NCBI GenBank assembly: GCA_964387075.1 | Contig: CAYLVB010000012.1 | Coordinates: 81,210 to 145,209 of the forward strand | Reading direction: 5' to 3' | From: an uncultured Flavobacteriaceae bacterium | GTDB taxonomy: Bacteria; Bacteroidota; Bacteroidia; B-17B0; Aurantibacillaceae | DNA length: 64,000 bases | Shown here: positions 20,287 to 29,532 of the stretch, in pieces | Numbering within the stretch: the first letter of the stretch is position 1 | Layout of the letters: every line of letters starts with the position of its first letter | The notes under the pieces: model-generated | Told to the model about the DNA's origin: nothing | The model's database searches: none | What the model saw: only the letters and a program-made list of their open reading frames with translations | Position numbers and translations under genes: made by a program

Positions 20287-20572
20287 CCCGACCAAAATAC
20301 AAAAAATTGCCGGATTTCACCCCGTTAAGGATCGGGATGCTGTAAGATGGCAGTGGATCATTTTTTCAACAGGAAATAAGCTGCGCTCCAAATTTTTAAA
20401 AGGAAAATGTAAGGTTTAGCGATAGCCAACGGGGCAGATTCCTGTGAACCCGACCGAATCCTATAACTATTTTTCTTTTCGGCCAACAGAAAACATCATC
20501 CGGCTATAATACCGGGCTTGCCATCCTTTATGAAATACTTTCGCGTGTTCCTAAACCCCTAAAACAACACGC

Positions 20573-22291
20573 ATGAAAAGAATATTTATTTTCCTTCAAT
20601 TTACATTTTTCGCCATTACACTTTCAGCGCAAACTCCTTCCTGGGCCTGGGCGGGCAATGCCGGCGGCACAGCCGAAGTAGAATCCAGGGCCGCTACAGC
20701 CGATACAAGCGGCAACTTATATGTGGCCGGGCGCTACGATCTTGGCTACGCCATCTTTGGAAGCGATACCCTGTTCAACTCCGGCAATAGCGACCTCTTC
20801 TTTGCCAAGTATGATCCTGCCGGCAATCTGGTTTGGTCGATGCGCGCGGGCGGCTCGGGCAGCGACCGTGCCAACGCCCTCATCACCGACAAAACCGGAA
20901 ATATTTACCTCGCTGGCTTTTTTTCCAGCTCCTATCTTGTTTTAAAAAGTGATACGCTTTGGAATCCCGGAGGACCACCCATGGCCGACTGGTTCCTGGC
21001 GAAGTTCGATCCAAACGGAAATATCCTTTGGGCAACCAGCGGCAGCGACACCAATCAGTGGGACGAAGCGGACATCATCGGCATGGACCCTTTAGGAAAT
21101 GTGTACCTGGGCGGAACTTATTTTGGAGTGAAACCGGTGTATGGTACAGATACGCTTTATAATAACAATCCAGGTACCAGCGATATGTTCCTGGCAAAGT
21201 TCGATCCTTCCGGAAACATGCTATGGGCAAGAAGCGCCGGCGGCAACAGTTGGGATTTTGCCGAATCGATGACCTGCTCATTAACAGGTGATATTTATGT
21301 TGCGGGCAATTTTATGAGCACCAATCTTTTTGTGGGCACGCATACCGTAGTGAATTCAAGCCCGGGCAAAGAAGAGATCTTCCTGGCTAAGTATGATATG
21401 AGCGGAAATGTGCTCTGGGTCAAAAACATGCCCGGCGATTCTGCTGATTTTGGGGCGCACGTAACGACCGATCCGTTAGGAAATATTTACCTGGCCTCTA
21501 ATTTCAGCGGCGACAGTTTAAATTTTGGAGGGAACGTTACGGCATACAATACCAGCGCGCCATCCAGTATATATCATCATGATATCGCTTTTACAAAATT
21601 CGACGCCAATGGTAACGCGCTTTGGGTGCGTACGGCCTCGGGCAGCGACAACGAAGAAACGAAATCCATTGCCGCGGATCCGGACGGCAACGTATATGTT
21701 GCGGGGTATTTTAAAGGCGACTCAATGGTGGTAGGAAGCACTACACTTTACCCTGTGGGCGGCTATGATATTTTTATTATTAAGTACGACACTGCCGGCA
21801 ATATGCAATGGGCTATAAGCGCGGGCGGTTCGGGCAGCGAGCAGTGGCCGCACATTGCTACGCACGGTGGTATGTTATGGAGTACCGGTGGAAAAATGCA
21901 AGCAGGCATGGGCAGTTTGTATGTGAGCGGTTATTTTGATAGTCCGAGTATAACCTTCGGTTCCGACCAGGCTACCAGCTCTGGCAGTAACAATATGTTT
22001 GTGGCCAAACTGGGAACATCTCCTACTACAGCTGTACAGAGCATTGACAATAACATGGCCGTCTCTGTTTATCCAAACCCTGGCAGTGGAAAATTCCTGG
22101 TACAGACAGCAGGCGCAAGTAATGTTGCGGTTTACAACGCCATTGGAACCAAAATACTGGAGAAAAACGTTAATAAGTACTCCGGTCCGCTGGAACTTGA
22201 TCTTTCGGGCTATGCAGGAGGGATTTACTTTGTAAAAGTGAGTTCGGGCGCTGAAAGCGTTACGCGGAAGGTGATCGTGGACAAAGAATGA
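20573..22291 (+). CDS. SBBP beta-propeller repeat protein with T9SS type A CTD
   Basis: Repeats D..GNIY.AG / FLAKFDP.GN.LWA; VYPNPGSG...GIYFVKV...RKVIV. Confidence 0.9.
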   Translation: MKRIFIFLQFTFFAITLSAQTPSWAWAGNAGGTAEVESRAATADTSGNLYVAGRYDLGYAIFGSDTLFNSGNSDLFFAKYDPAGNLVWSMRAGGSGSDRANALITDKTGNIYLAGFFSSSYLVLKSDTLWNPGGPPMADWFLAKFDPNGNILWATSGSDTNQWDEADIIGMDPLGNVYLGGTYFGVKPVYGTDTLYNNNPGTSDMFLAKFDPSGNMLWARSAGGNSWDFAESMTCSLTGDIYVAGNFMSTNLFVGTHTVVNSSPGKEEIFLAKYDMSGNVLWVKNMPGDSADFGAHVTTDPLGNIYLASNFSGDSLNFGGNVTAYNTSAPSSIYHHDIAFTKFDANGNALWVRTASGSDNEETKSIAADPDGNVYVAGYFKGDSMVVGSTTLYPVGGYDIFIIKYDTAGNMQWAISAGGSGSEQWPHIATHGGMLWSTGGKMQAGMGSLYVSGYFDSPSITFGSDQATSSGSNNMFVAKLGTSPTTAVQSIDNNMAVSVYPNPGSGKFLVQTAGASNVAVYNAIGTKILEKNVNKYSGPLELDLSGYAGGIYFVKVSSGAESVTRKVIVDKE

Positions 22292-22317
22292 TTTATTGAG
22301 TCATATATTTAAAAGAG

Positions 22318-22348
22318 AAGCGGGTCAATTTGGATCCGCTTATTTTAT
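22318..22348 (+). terminator. Intrinsic terminator-like hairpin
   Basis: AAGCGGGTC...GATCCGCTT followed by ATTTTATT, between convergent genes. Confidence 0.55.
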
Positions 22349-22388
22349 TGACGTAATTGTTCGGACTCCAAATCTGAACGAACGTATT

Positions 22389-22958
22389 TTAGTTGAAAGA
22401 CTGCACGGCCTGCAAACTTTTCAGCGTGGCTAGCTCTTCCTGCGTTACTACCCATGTATTTGACCACTTGTCGTGCCAGCCCCGGCTTCCGAAAGCGCCG
22501 CCAAGGCAGGAAAAAGCTTCAAAAGGCACCAGGCGCAAAAGAGAACGAAGAGCGATCGTTCTTGTATCGGGTTTTTCTCCGTACTCGTTTATCACAATAC
22601 ATTTGGTGAGAAATTTGCCCGGTGTTCGCTGCCAGGCACTTTCAAAGGTGAAATACATGAGCGGGTAGAGAAGCAGGGTAATGATCTGCGAGAGAAACTC
22701 ATAAGTAGCGCTGATCGCTTGCTGTTGTCCTGTGAGCGTAAGGACCAATCCCATACCGAACCCGATGGCGATAAGGATGATCTGGAAAGCGATGTAATCA
22801 ATGATAAAATGACCGAAACGCGGGCCGGCGCCAACGGTTTTAACTTCCCGAAAGGCAGTATATTCTTCACGGCCGCGGGTTCTGTTGCCCATGGCGTCTT
22901 TTTTTGTAACGCTGCGGAAACGCTTTTCTTTGAGTTCAGTGATCTTGATGCCTGACAT
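22389..22958 (-). CDS. RDD family membrane protein
   Basis: RFGHFIIDY, FESAWQRTPGK, RSLLRLVPFEAFS, GWHDKWSNTWVV. Confidence 0.88.
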   Translation of the reverse strand: MSGIKITELKEKRFRSVTKKDAMGNRTRGREEYTAFREVKTVGAGPRFGHFIIDYIAFQIILIAIGFGMGLVLTLTGQQQAISATYEFLSQIITLLLYPLMYFTFESAWQRTPGKFLTKCIVINEYGEKPDTRTIALRSLLRLVPFEAFSCLGGAFGSRGWHDKWSNTWVVTQEELATLKSLQAVQSFN

Positions 22959-23232
22959 GCAGGCAATTTACGAAAAATGCAGATTTGACCGCCATATCGT
23001 GTTGCCTGTTTGTTCTGATGGTAAATCGCACAGGGCCACTCAGCACCGCGGACGGCCATGCAGCGCGCAATTCTTTCGAGCATTCATGGAAAGTTTTAAA
23101 TCTTGTCGCTGCTTCATCATCTTTGGCTGTTCTGAATACCTTAAGGTGACCTGCACTGCTTAACCAATATGGGAACCCGCAGAAATACATGGTTGTCACA
23201 CTGGAATCTGATGGCGAATCTTAGAAGGAGTT

Positions 23233-23341
23233 GCTTAGGAATAGCGCGAGGGCCCGACGGTGCGCGATGGCGCTGCGCCTTGTGCGGAAGGTATCGCTCC
23301 GTCTTGATTTTTTGTTTCTTTTTCATCAAGGAAAAAGAAAG
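23233..23341. repeat. Structured intergenic element (probable dispersed repeat or ncRNA)
   Basis: GACGG/CCGTC stem and TTTCTTTTTC-ATCAAG-GAAAAAGAAA hairpin whose loop is complementary to CTTGAT at 23303-23308. Confidence 0.5.
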
Positions 23342-23473
23342 TGTAAGGCTACTCACTTCCGGAACACTCTTCGGAGATACCAGCTGCTACTTAGTAGAGC
23401 CCATGAAGCCGGTCACGCCTCGTCGGTCACTCAATGCCTCAGCAGAGTCCTATCGGAACCGGGTGGCAGGGTT

Positions 23474-23626
23474 TTATTTCTCCGCCAGCAGCTTGTTCAG
23501 CTTCTGCTGGTATCCGTCCACTCCTTTAAGGCCAGCACTTTTTTGTACTGCTCTATAGCGCCTTGCTTGTCGCCCTTCGCCGCGTAAAGATCTTCCATAG
23601 ATTCATAAGTGTTAAGCTCTTGGTAG
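23474..23626 (-). pseudogene. Degenerate 3' remnant of a TPR-tailed gene
   Basis: Minus strand reads LNTYESMEDLYAAKGDKQGAIEQYKKVLALK, then shifts frame to YQQKLNKLLAEK*. No upstream gene body. Confidence 0.55.
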
Positions 23627-23768
23627 ATTCGATAATAGAGCTTGCCGTAGAAGAGTATTGTTTTTATACACAAAATCCATTCTAAACCCCTTAAAACCAG
23701 CGCCTTTTCTGTTCATAACCTGTAAGGGTTTTCCCCTCTAAAAGCCGTAATTTCGCACCTTAATACAG

Positions 23769-23804
23769 CCCTCCCCTTTATCCCCTCCCGCAGGAGGGGA
23801 GAGG
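23769..23804. repeat. CCCCTC/GAGGGG REP-like hairpin in the purL leader
   Basis: CCCTCCCCTTTA TCCCCTCC CGCA GGAGGGGA. Confidence 0.6.
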
Positions 23805-23822
23805 AAGCTTAAAAAGAAAAAC

Positions 23823-26054
23823 ATGTCAGACACTATGCAGGAAACCCTTACCACCGTAGATACCGCCAAAAAACTGGGCCTTTTGCCCGAGGAGTTCGAG
23901 AAGATAAAACAGATCCTGGGCCGCGTGCCCAACTTTACCGAGCTGAGCATTTACTCGGTGATGTGGAGCGAGCATTGTTCTTATAAGAACTCAATAACTT
24001 GGCTTAAGACATTACCGAAAGACGGACCTCATATGCTTGCCAAAGCAGGCGAGGAGAACGCAGGTTTAGTTGATATTGGCGATGGCTTAGGCTGCGCTTT
24101 TAAAATTGAATCACACAACCACCCCAGCGCCATTGAGCCTTATCAAGGAGCGGCAACGGGCGTAGGCGGCATCAACAGAGATATTTTTACCATGGGCGCA
24201 CGTCCCATTGCGCAATTGAATTCTTTGCGTTTCGGCGATATTCATTCTAAGAAAACACAATGGCTGGTTAAGGGTGTTGTAAAAGGCATTGGCAATTACG
24301 GCAACGCGTTCGGTATCCCTACCGTGGGCGGAGAAGTTTTCTTCGACGAGTGCTATAACGTAAACCCGTTGGTGAACGCAATGAGCGCCGGCATCGTTAA
24401 AAAAGGAGAAACGGTTAGTGCCATTAGCAAAGGAGAGGGTAATCCTGTTTTCATTGTAGGCTCAGCAACCGGTAAGGACGGCATCCACGGAGCCACATTT
24501 GCCAGCGCCGATATTACCGAGAACAGCGCCGAAGATCTTCCGGCCGTACAGGTGGGCGATCCTTTCCAGGAAAAATTATTACTCGAAGCCACTTTAGAAG
24601 TTATAAAAACCGGCGCCGTAGTAGGTATGCAGGATATGGGCGCGGCCGGTATCACTTGCTCCACATCCGAAATGAGCGCCAAGGGCGAACACGGCATGGA
24701 AGTGTGGCTGCACAAAGTGCCCACCCGCCAGCAAGGCATGAAACCTTTCGAGATACTTCTTTCCGAATCACAAGAGCGCATGCTCGTGGTGGTGGAGAAA
24801 GGAAAAGAAGATGTAGTTAAAAAAGTATTTGACAAATGGGACCTGAACTGCGAACAAATAGGCGTAGTGACCAAAGGCGACCGTTTGAAATATTATATGT
24901 TTGATGAACTCGTTGCGGATGTTCCTGCTGATACACTTGTGTTGGGTGGTGGCGCTCCCGTTTACAAACGCGAGTACAAAGAGCCTGCCTATTTTGCGGA
25001 GTCGCTGAAATTTAATATCGAAGATGTAAAAGAGCCTGCCGATTTCAAGCAGGTGATGGTGCATTTGATCTCTCACCCCAACATTGCCAGCAAACGCTGG
25101 GTGTATAACCAGTACGACAGCATGGTGGGTACTGTGAACCAAAGCACCAATAACCCCAGCGACGCGGCCATCGTGAACATCAAAGGAACCAACAAAGCCA
25201 TTGCGCTTACCGTAGATTGCAACGCACGTTACGTGAACGCGAATCCCGAAGTAGGTTGCGCCATTGCGGTATCAGAAGCTGCCCGTAACATCGTTTGCAG
25301 CGGAGGAGAACCCAGCGCGATCACCAATTGTTTGAATTTCGGTAACCCATACAACCCCGAAGTATATTGGCAATTTGTTGGCGCCATCAAAGGCATGGGC
25401 GCGGCTTGCTTAAAATTTTCTACGCCCGTTACCGGCGGAAACGTGAGCTTCTACAACCAAAGTTCGTATGAAGGTCCCGTGTTCCCAACCCCAACCATTG
25501 GCATGCTGGGCATTTTAAATGACAAGAACACCCAAATGACCCTCGATTTTAAGAGCGACGGCGATTGTCTTTACCTGATCGGCGATTCGCAGAACGACAT
25601 TGGAAGTTCAGAGTATGTTTACTCGTATCATAAAATAAAGAACACGCCGGCCCCTTATTTCAACCTCGATGAGGAATTTAATATGCAGGAAGTGGTGAAG
25701 AAACTGGTGGCAAGTAAACTGCTTGAGAGCGCCCACGACTGTAGCGATGGCGGCCTCTTCGTTGCCCTGGCGGAGTCTTCTTTTAACCGCGAGCTTGGTT
25801 TTGACATTGCCGTAGATAAAAAAGTGCGCAAAGACGCCTTCCTTTTTGGCGAGGCGCAGGGCAGGGTAGTGGTGAGCGTGAAAAAAGAGAACGAGATAGC
25901 GATGGTAGGCCTGCTGAAAGAACATCACGTGGCCTTTACCAAACTCGGTTTCGTAAAAGGTAAAGAGTACAAGATAGATGGAGAGATGTGCGGCACTGTG
26001 GCGGAGTTCCGTAACTTGTACGATACTTCTATCGAGAAAATACTGAATGCCTAA
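23823..26054 (+). CDS. purL: Phosphoribosylformylglycinamidine synthase subunit PurL
   Basis: MWSEHCSYK, KIESHNHPS, QDMGAAG, LLSESQERM, NCLNFGNP motifs. Confidence 0.98.
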   Translation: MSDTMQETLTTVDTAKKLGLLPEEFEKIKQILGRVPNFTELSIYSVMWSEHCSYKNSITWLKTLPKDGPHMLAKAGEENAGLVDIGDGLGCAFKIESHNHPSAIEPYQGAATGVGGINRDIFTMGARPIAQLNSLRFGDIHSKKTQWLVKGVVKGIGNYGNAFGIPTVGGEVFFDECYNVNPLVNAMSAGIVKKGETVSAISKGEGNPVFIVGSATGKDGIHGATFASADITENSAEDLPAVQVGDPFQEKLLLEATLEVIKTGAVVGMQDMGAAGITCSTSEMSAKGEHGMEVWLHKVPTRQQGMKPFEILLSESQERMLVVVEKGKEDVVKKVFDKWDLNCEQIGVVTKGDRLKYYMFDELVADVPADTLVLGGGAPVYKREYKEPAYFAESLKFNIEDVKEPADFKQVMVHLISHPNIASKRWVYNQYDSMVGTVNQSTNNPSDAAIVNIKGTNKAIALTVDCNARYVNANPEVGCAIAVSEAARNIVCSGGEPSAITNCLNFGNPYNPEVYWQFVGAIKGMGAACLKFSTPVTGGNVSFYNQSSYEGPVFPTPTIGMLGILNDKNTQMTLDFKSDGDCLYLIGDSQNDIGSSEYVYSYHKIKNTPAPYFNLDEEFNMQEVVKKLVASKLLESAHDCSDGGLFVALAESSFNRELGFDIAVDKKVRKDAFLFGEAQGRVVVSVKKENEIAMVGLLKEHHVAFTKLGFVKGKEYKIDGEMCGTVAEFRNLYDTSIEKILNA

Positions 26055-26823
26055 TACGCTTACATTTCTTAAGGCTGTTCTCTGCGCCCTTAGCGGGCTG
26101 TTTTCTTTGCGCCCTTTGCGGTTAAGGCTGTTCGCGGTACTCCTGCTTGTCAGTTCAGCGGTAGTGTCTCAAACTTCGCATGATCTTTATAGATCGGCAC
26201 TTGCAAAGGACTCTGCAAAGGACTACGCCGGCGCTTTGGCCGACCTCGAAAAAGCCATGTCCATCAAAGAAGATGACAGCCTGCATGTATTGCACGCGAA
26301 AGTTGAAACGGAGACCAATCACTACAAAGAAGCCTATACCGAAGTAAATGAGGTTCTTCGTCACAACCGCAATTATTCAGAAGCCTACATGCTACGTGGT
26401 GTTCTGCGCGCGCGACAAGGCAATTACGAGGGAGCCATTCATGATTTTGATAAATGCATCAAGTTAGATCCCAAGCAAGCCAAAGCCTATTACAACCGTG
26501 GCCTTGCCCATGCGTATATGGATGAAGTGAAGCAGGCCATTGCCGATTTTACCAAAGCTACGGAGCTGGATGAGAAATATTCCATCGCCTGGTTCCAGCG
26601 CGGGTACTGGAAAGAAGTAAGCGGCGACCTGGACGGCTCACTGGCCGATCTGAACAAAGCGAAAGAACTGAACCCCGAAGACAAGAACCTTTACGTATCA
26701 CTGGCGGTCACACACTACCGCCTCAATAAGAAGAACGAGGCCTGCACGTATTTGAACGAGGCAAAGACCCGTGGCGCCGATAAAGCCGATGAACTTATTA
26801 TGCTGATGTGTAATGAAAAATAA
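26047..26823 (+). CDS. Tetratricopeptide repeat protein
   Basis: AYMLRG...AIHDFDKCI, AYYNRG...AIADFTKA repeats. Confidence 0.88.
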   Translation: MPNTLTFLKAVLCALSGLFSLRPLRLRLFAVLLLVSSAVVSQTSHDLYRSALAKDSAKDYAGALADLEKAMSIKEDDSLHVLHAKVETETNHYKEAYTEVNEVLRHNRNYSEAYMLRGVLRARQGNYEGAIHDFDKCIKLDPKQAKAYYNRGLAHAYMDEVKQAIADFTKATELDEKYSIAWFQRGYWKEVSGDLDGSLADLNKAKELNPEDKNLYVSLAVTHYRLNKKNEACTYLNEAKTRGADKADELIMLMCNEK

Positions 26824-27382
26824 AAGAATTTACATATCGCTTTTTGTGTTGCTTTTTTGCGGAGTATTTGCTTTTGCGCAGCCCACTTTTACGATCACGC
26901 TCACACTTTACCCGATCGATTGCGATCTTTCCGCAGCCAGTGTCAGAGCCACGGGAGGAACTCCTCCTTATCAATATACCTGGAGTCACGGTGCCACCGG
27001 CGATACCCTTTCCAGCGTGCCCGAAGGCGGCTACTGGGTGAAAGTGACCGACAGCTCGCAACCTTCTAAAGATAGCCTCATCGAGTTTTATGTAGACAAG
27101 AAGGTCTGCAAAGTGGGATTCGATAATCGCTTTACGCCCAATGGAGATGGAATAAACGATGTATGGAGTGCGAACGCCGTGATCAGGGAATATCCCAACT
27201 TCTTGTTGCAGGTCTTTGATCGTTGGGGACAACTAGTGCACCAGCAAAGAGATAAGTACGAACCCTGGGATGGAACTCATTTAGGTATCAAAGTAGCTGA
27301 GGCAACGTATTACTACATTTTCTTCTACAAAGAGGGCGACAATAAAAAGATAGAAAAAGGCAACGTAACCATCATCCGGTGA
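26813..27382 (+). CDS. Small SprB-repeat protein with T9SS type B CTD
   Basis: GGTPPYQYTWS...YWVKVTD, then FTPNGDGIND...VFDRWGQ...WDGT...GNVTIIR. Confidence 0.88.
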   Translation: MKNKRIYISLFVLLFCGVFAFAQPTFTITLTLYPIDCDLSAASVRATGGTPPYQYTWSHGATGDTLSSVPEGGYWVKVTDSSQPSKDSLIEFYVDKKVCKVGFDNRFTPNGDGINDVWSANAVIREYPNFLLQVFDRWGQLVHQQRDKYEPWDGTHLGIKVAEATYYYIFFYKEGDNKKIEKGNVTIIR

Positions 27383-28347
27383 GAAAGCAGTTCTACATAG
27401 TGTTTTTATTTTTGTGCATGCCCGGGCTTTCTTCGTTCGCGCAGCAAACACCTTCTTTCTCGCAATTCGTCATGAACCAGTACGCGCTGAACCCGGCCGT
27501 GGCGGGAACCAATATTGGTTTTGAAGCTACCGCGGGCACACGTTTGCAATGGTTGGGTATGCCCAATGCTCCGGCCACCAATTTCGGTAGCTTTACGTAT
27601 GGCTGGAGGAAGAATTTCTCTTATCGCGGTCATCACGGTGTTGGTTTTTACGCCGAGGACGACAGGCAGGGCATGTTTTCTTCCAAGGCGAGCTATGTTT
27701 CTTACGCGTACCATATTCGCATTTTCACCGGGCTTAACATTGGGGCGGGTATTTTTGCAGGCGTTAGACGTTTCGCGCTGAACCAGCTCATGTTCGACCG
27801 CAACGATCCGGCCCTGGATTTTACCAAGTCTTTTGGCTATTTATACCCCGATGTCATTCCCGGCATACGCATCTACACCAAAAAACTGTATTGCGATATC
27901 AGCGTGCGCCAGGTCTATGCCAATAAGATCAGCCAAGGGAATTTCCAGATAGGAACCCGGGGCTCAAGGCTCGATCCAACCCTCATCTTTTCGGTGAAGC
28001 GTAAATTCACTTTAGGGAATAACGACTGGTCGCTTGTGCCGGCCGCCATGATGCAATATGCTTTCCGCGAGCTGCCTTATGTGCAGGCCAACTGCATTCT
28101 GTTCTATCATAAAAAAATAGGGGTGGGCGCTTCCATGCGCGGCACTTCCTTCGCTTCAGCCATGCTGCAGGTAAAAATAGTAAAGAACGTAATCATGGGC
28201 GTGGCCTACGATTATCCTACCAATCGCCTGCGCGCGGCAGGGGCAAACACCTTCGAGATCATCTTCCACTTAACACCCGGGGGAAGTGACGATACCGAGA
28301 ACCGGCCCCGGATTAACGTAGCCCAGTGCCCCGATTTTGATTTTTAG
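27379..28347 (+). CDS. PorP/SprF family type IX secretion system membrane protein
   Basis: AQQTPSFSQFVMN.YALNPAVAG, R.QW.G.PNAP, SYAYH, AYDY...TFEI; coupled to a type B cargo. Confidence 0.92.
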   Translation: MRKQFYIVFLFLCMPGLSSFAQQTPSFSQFVMNQYALNPAVAGTNIGFEATAGTRLQWLGMPNAPATNFGSFTYGWRKNFSYRGHHGVGFYAEDDRQGMFSSKASYVSYAYHIRIFTGLNIGAGIFAGVRRFALNQLMFDRNDPALDFTKSFGYLYPDVIPGIRIYTKKLYCDISVRQVYANKISQGNFQIGTRGSRLDPTLIFSVKRKFTLGNNDWSLVPAAMMQYAFRELPYVQANCILFYHKKIGVGASMRGTSFASAMLQVKIVKNVIMGVAYDYPTNRLRAAGANTFEIIFHLTPGGSDDTENRPRINVAQCPDFDF

Positions 28348-28460
28348 CCAAAAAAAGCGTAACTTTACCTGTCCGCCGGTAAGTTGGTAAATAAATTAAA
28401 GACAGGCGGGCGTTAAACCTTTGTCCTTTAGGGGCATCAAAGGCTTAAAATAGAGCAAAA

Positions 28461-29372
28461 ATGATGAAGAAATTCCTTAATATGGCCACTGCGACAGTTG
28501 TTTGCACCGGCCTTTTGTTTACCTCCTGCAAAAAGAAGGAAGTAGAGGATAATGATACGGCCGGCGGCGGATACCAGGCCCTGGGCGAGACCCACTCGAA
28601 CGACATTACCAATATAGGGACGCAAGCCTCCTACAACAACATGAGTACCTATAAGCTCGGAGAGGATAACGCGATCTATTCTACCTGCGCCACCATTGAT
28701 CTTGACACCCTGATCAATACAGACGCGGATACCATGACCGTTGATTTCGGTTCGGGCTGCCTGGGTGGCGATGGCCGCACCCGCAAAGGCGTTCTGCGGT
28801 TCATCTATTCGGCAGGGAAGCGTTATCGCGATTCGGCCTGCGTGATCAATGTTTCTACACCCGGCAATACCTATTACGTGTTAACGCCCAATGGTTCGGG
28901 TTTTGTTACGGATCACGTGATCGTGAACAGCAAGACCATTACGAACAATGGACATAGCCTGACCAACGGATACCTTACCTGGACAATAACAAGCGATATG
29001 AAAGTGGACCGCGATAACGGGAACAGTGTTTCATGGACCTCTAGCAAAACAAAAGTGCTGATAGCCGGCGAGAAACCCAACAACCTGCCGATAGACTGGC
29101 CAAATGCAAAAGTGGCAATTTATGGCTCTGCCAGCGGTTCTTATACCAAAGCGGGCAACGCGGCCGAGAGTTTCAGCATGAGCGTGCAGCAGGCTAAATG
29201 GCTGGTGCGTGATTTTAAGTGCAGCGGCGCGCGTCGTTTCTTTGTACAAGGTGAGCTTGAGTTCACTCCCGGAAACAAGCCAACCCGTTATGTGAACTTC
29301 GGAAGCGGCAACTGCGATAATACCGCCACGGTTACTATCAACGGTAACGTTTACAATATTACTTTACACTAA
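28461..29372 (+). CDS. Lipoprotein, hypothetical
   Basis: Lipobox LLFTSC followed by KKKE; VDFGSGC.G.DGRTRKG and VNFGSGNCDN motifs. Confidence 0.85.
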   Translation: MMKKFLNMATATVVCTGLLFTSCKKKEVEDNDTAGGGYQALGETHSNDITNIGTQASYNNMSTYKLGEDNAIYSTCATIDLDTLINTDADTMTVDFGSGCLGGDGRTRKGVLRFIYSAGKRYRDSACVINVSTPGNTYYVLTPNGSGFVTDHVIVNSKTITNNGHSLTNGYLTWTITSDMKVDRDNGNSVSWTSSKTKVLIAGEKPNNLPIDWPNAKVAIYGSASGSYTKAGNAAESFSMSVQQAKWLVRDFKCSGARRFFVQGELEFTPGNKPTRYVNFGSGNCDNTATVTINGNVYNITLH

Positions 29373-29388
29373 GCAAACCTTTTAATAT

Positions 29389-29426
29389 AAGAACCCTTCC
29401 GGCCAAACTGGTAGGGTTTTTTATTT
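29389..29426 (+). terminator. Rho-independent terminator
   Basis: AAGAACCCTTCCGG...CTGGTAGGGTTTTTTATTT. Confidence 0.7.
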
Positions 29427-29532
29427 GAACCGGTTTGGAATTGTTTTTTGACTTTGTGCCGATTTAAAAGTCGCTATGGACGATTGGCGGAAAGAACGGC
29501 ATTTTGCGGGTGTAACTTTGTAAAAAAAGGGG

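Noticed and set aside
17246..20503. Exact 12-mer AACATCATCCGG at 17246 and 20492 flanking the TPR pair (possible target-site duplication or operator)
   Set aside because: A single 12-bp match is expected by chance in a window this size; no mobility gene or other support.
20420..20520. CCG-centred motifs at roughly 21-30 bp spacing upstream of 20573, 29533 and 14655 (possible LytTR-type sites)
   Set aside because: Too degenerate and irregularly spaced to support by eye; needs motif discovery.
22592..23587. Overlapping ORFs 22592..23083, 23141..23356, 23169..23558 and 23231..23587
   Set aside because: No recognisable motifs; they span a structured repeat and a decayed gene remnant and are likely spurious.
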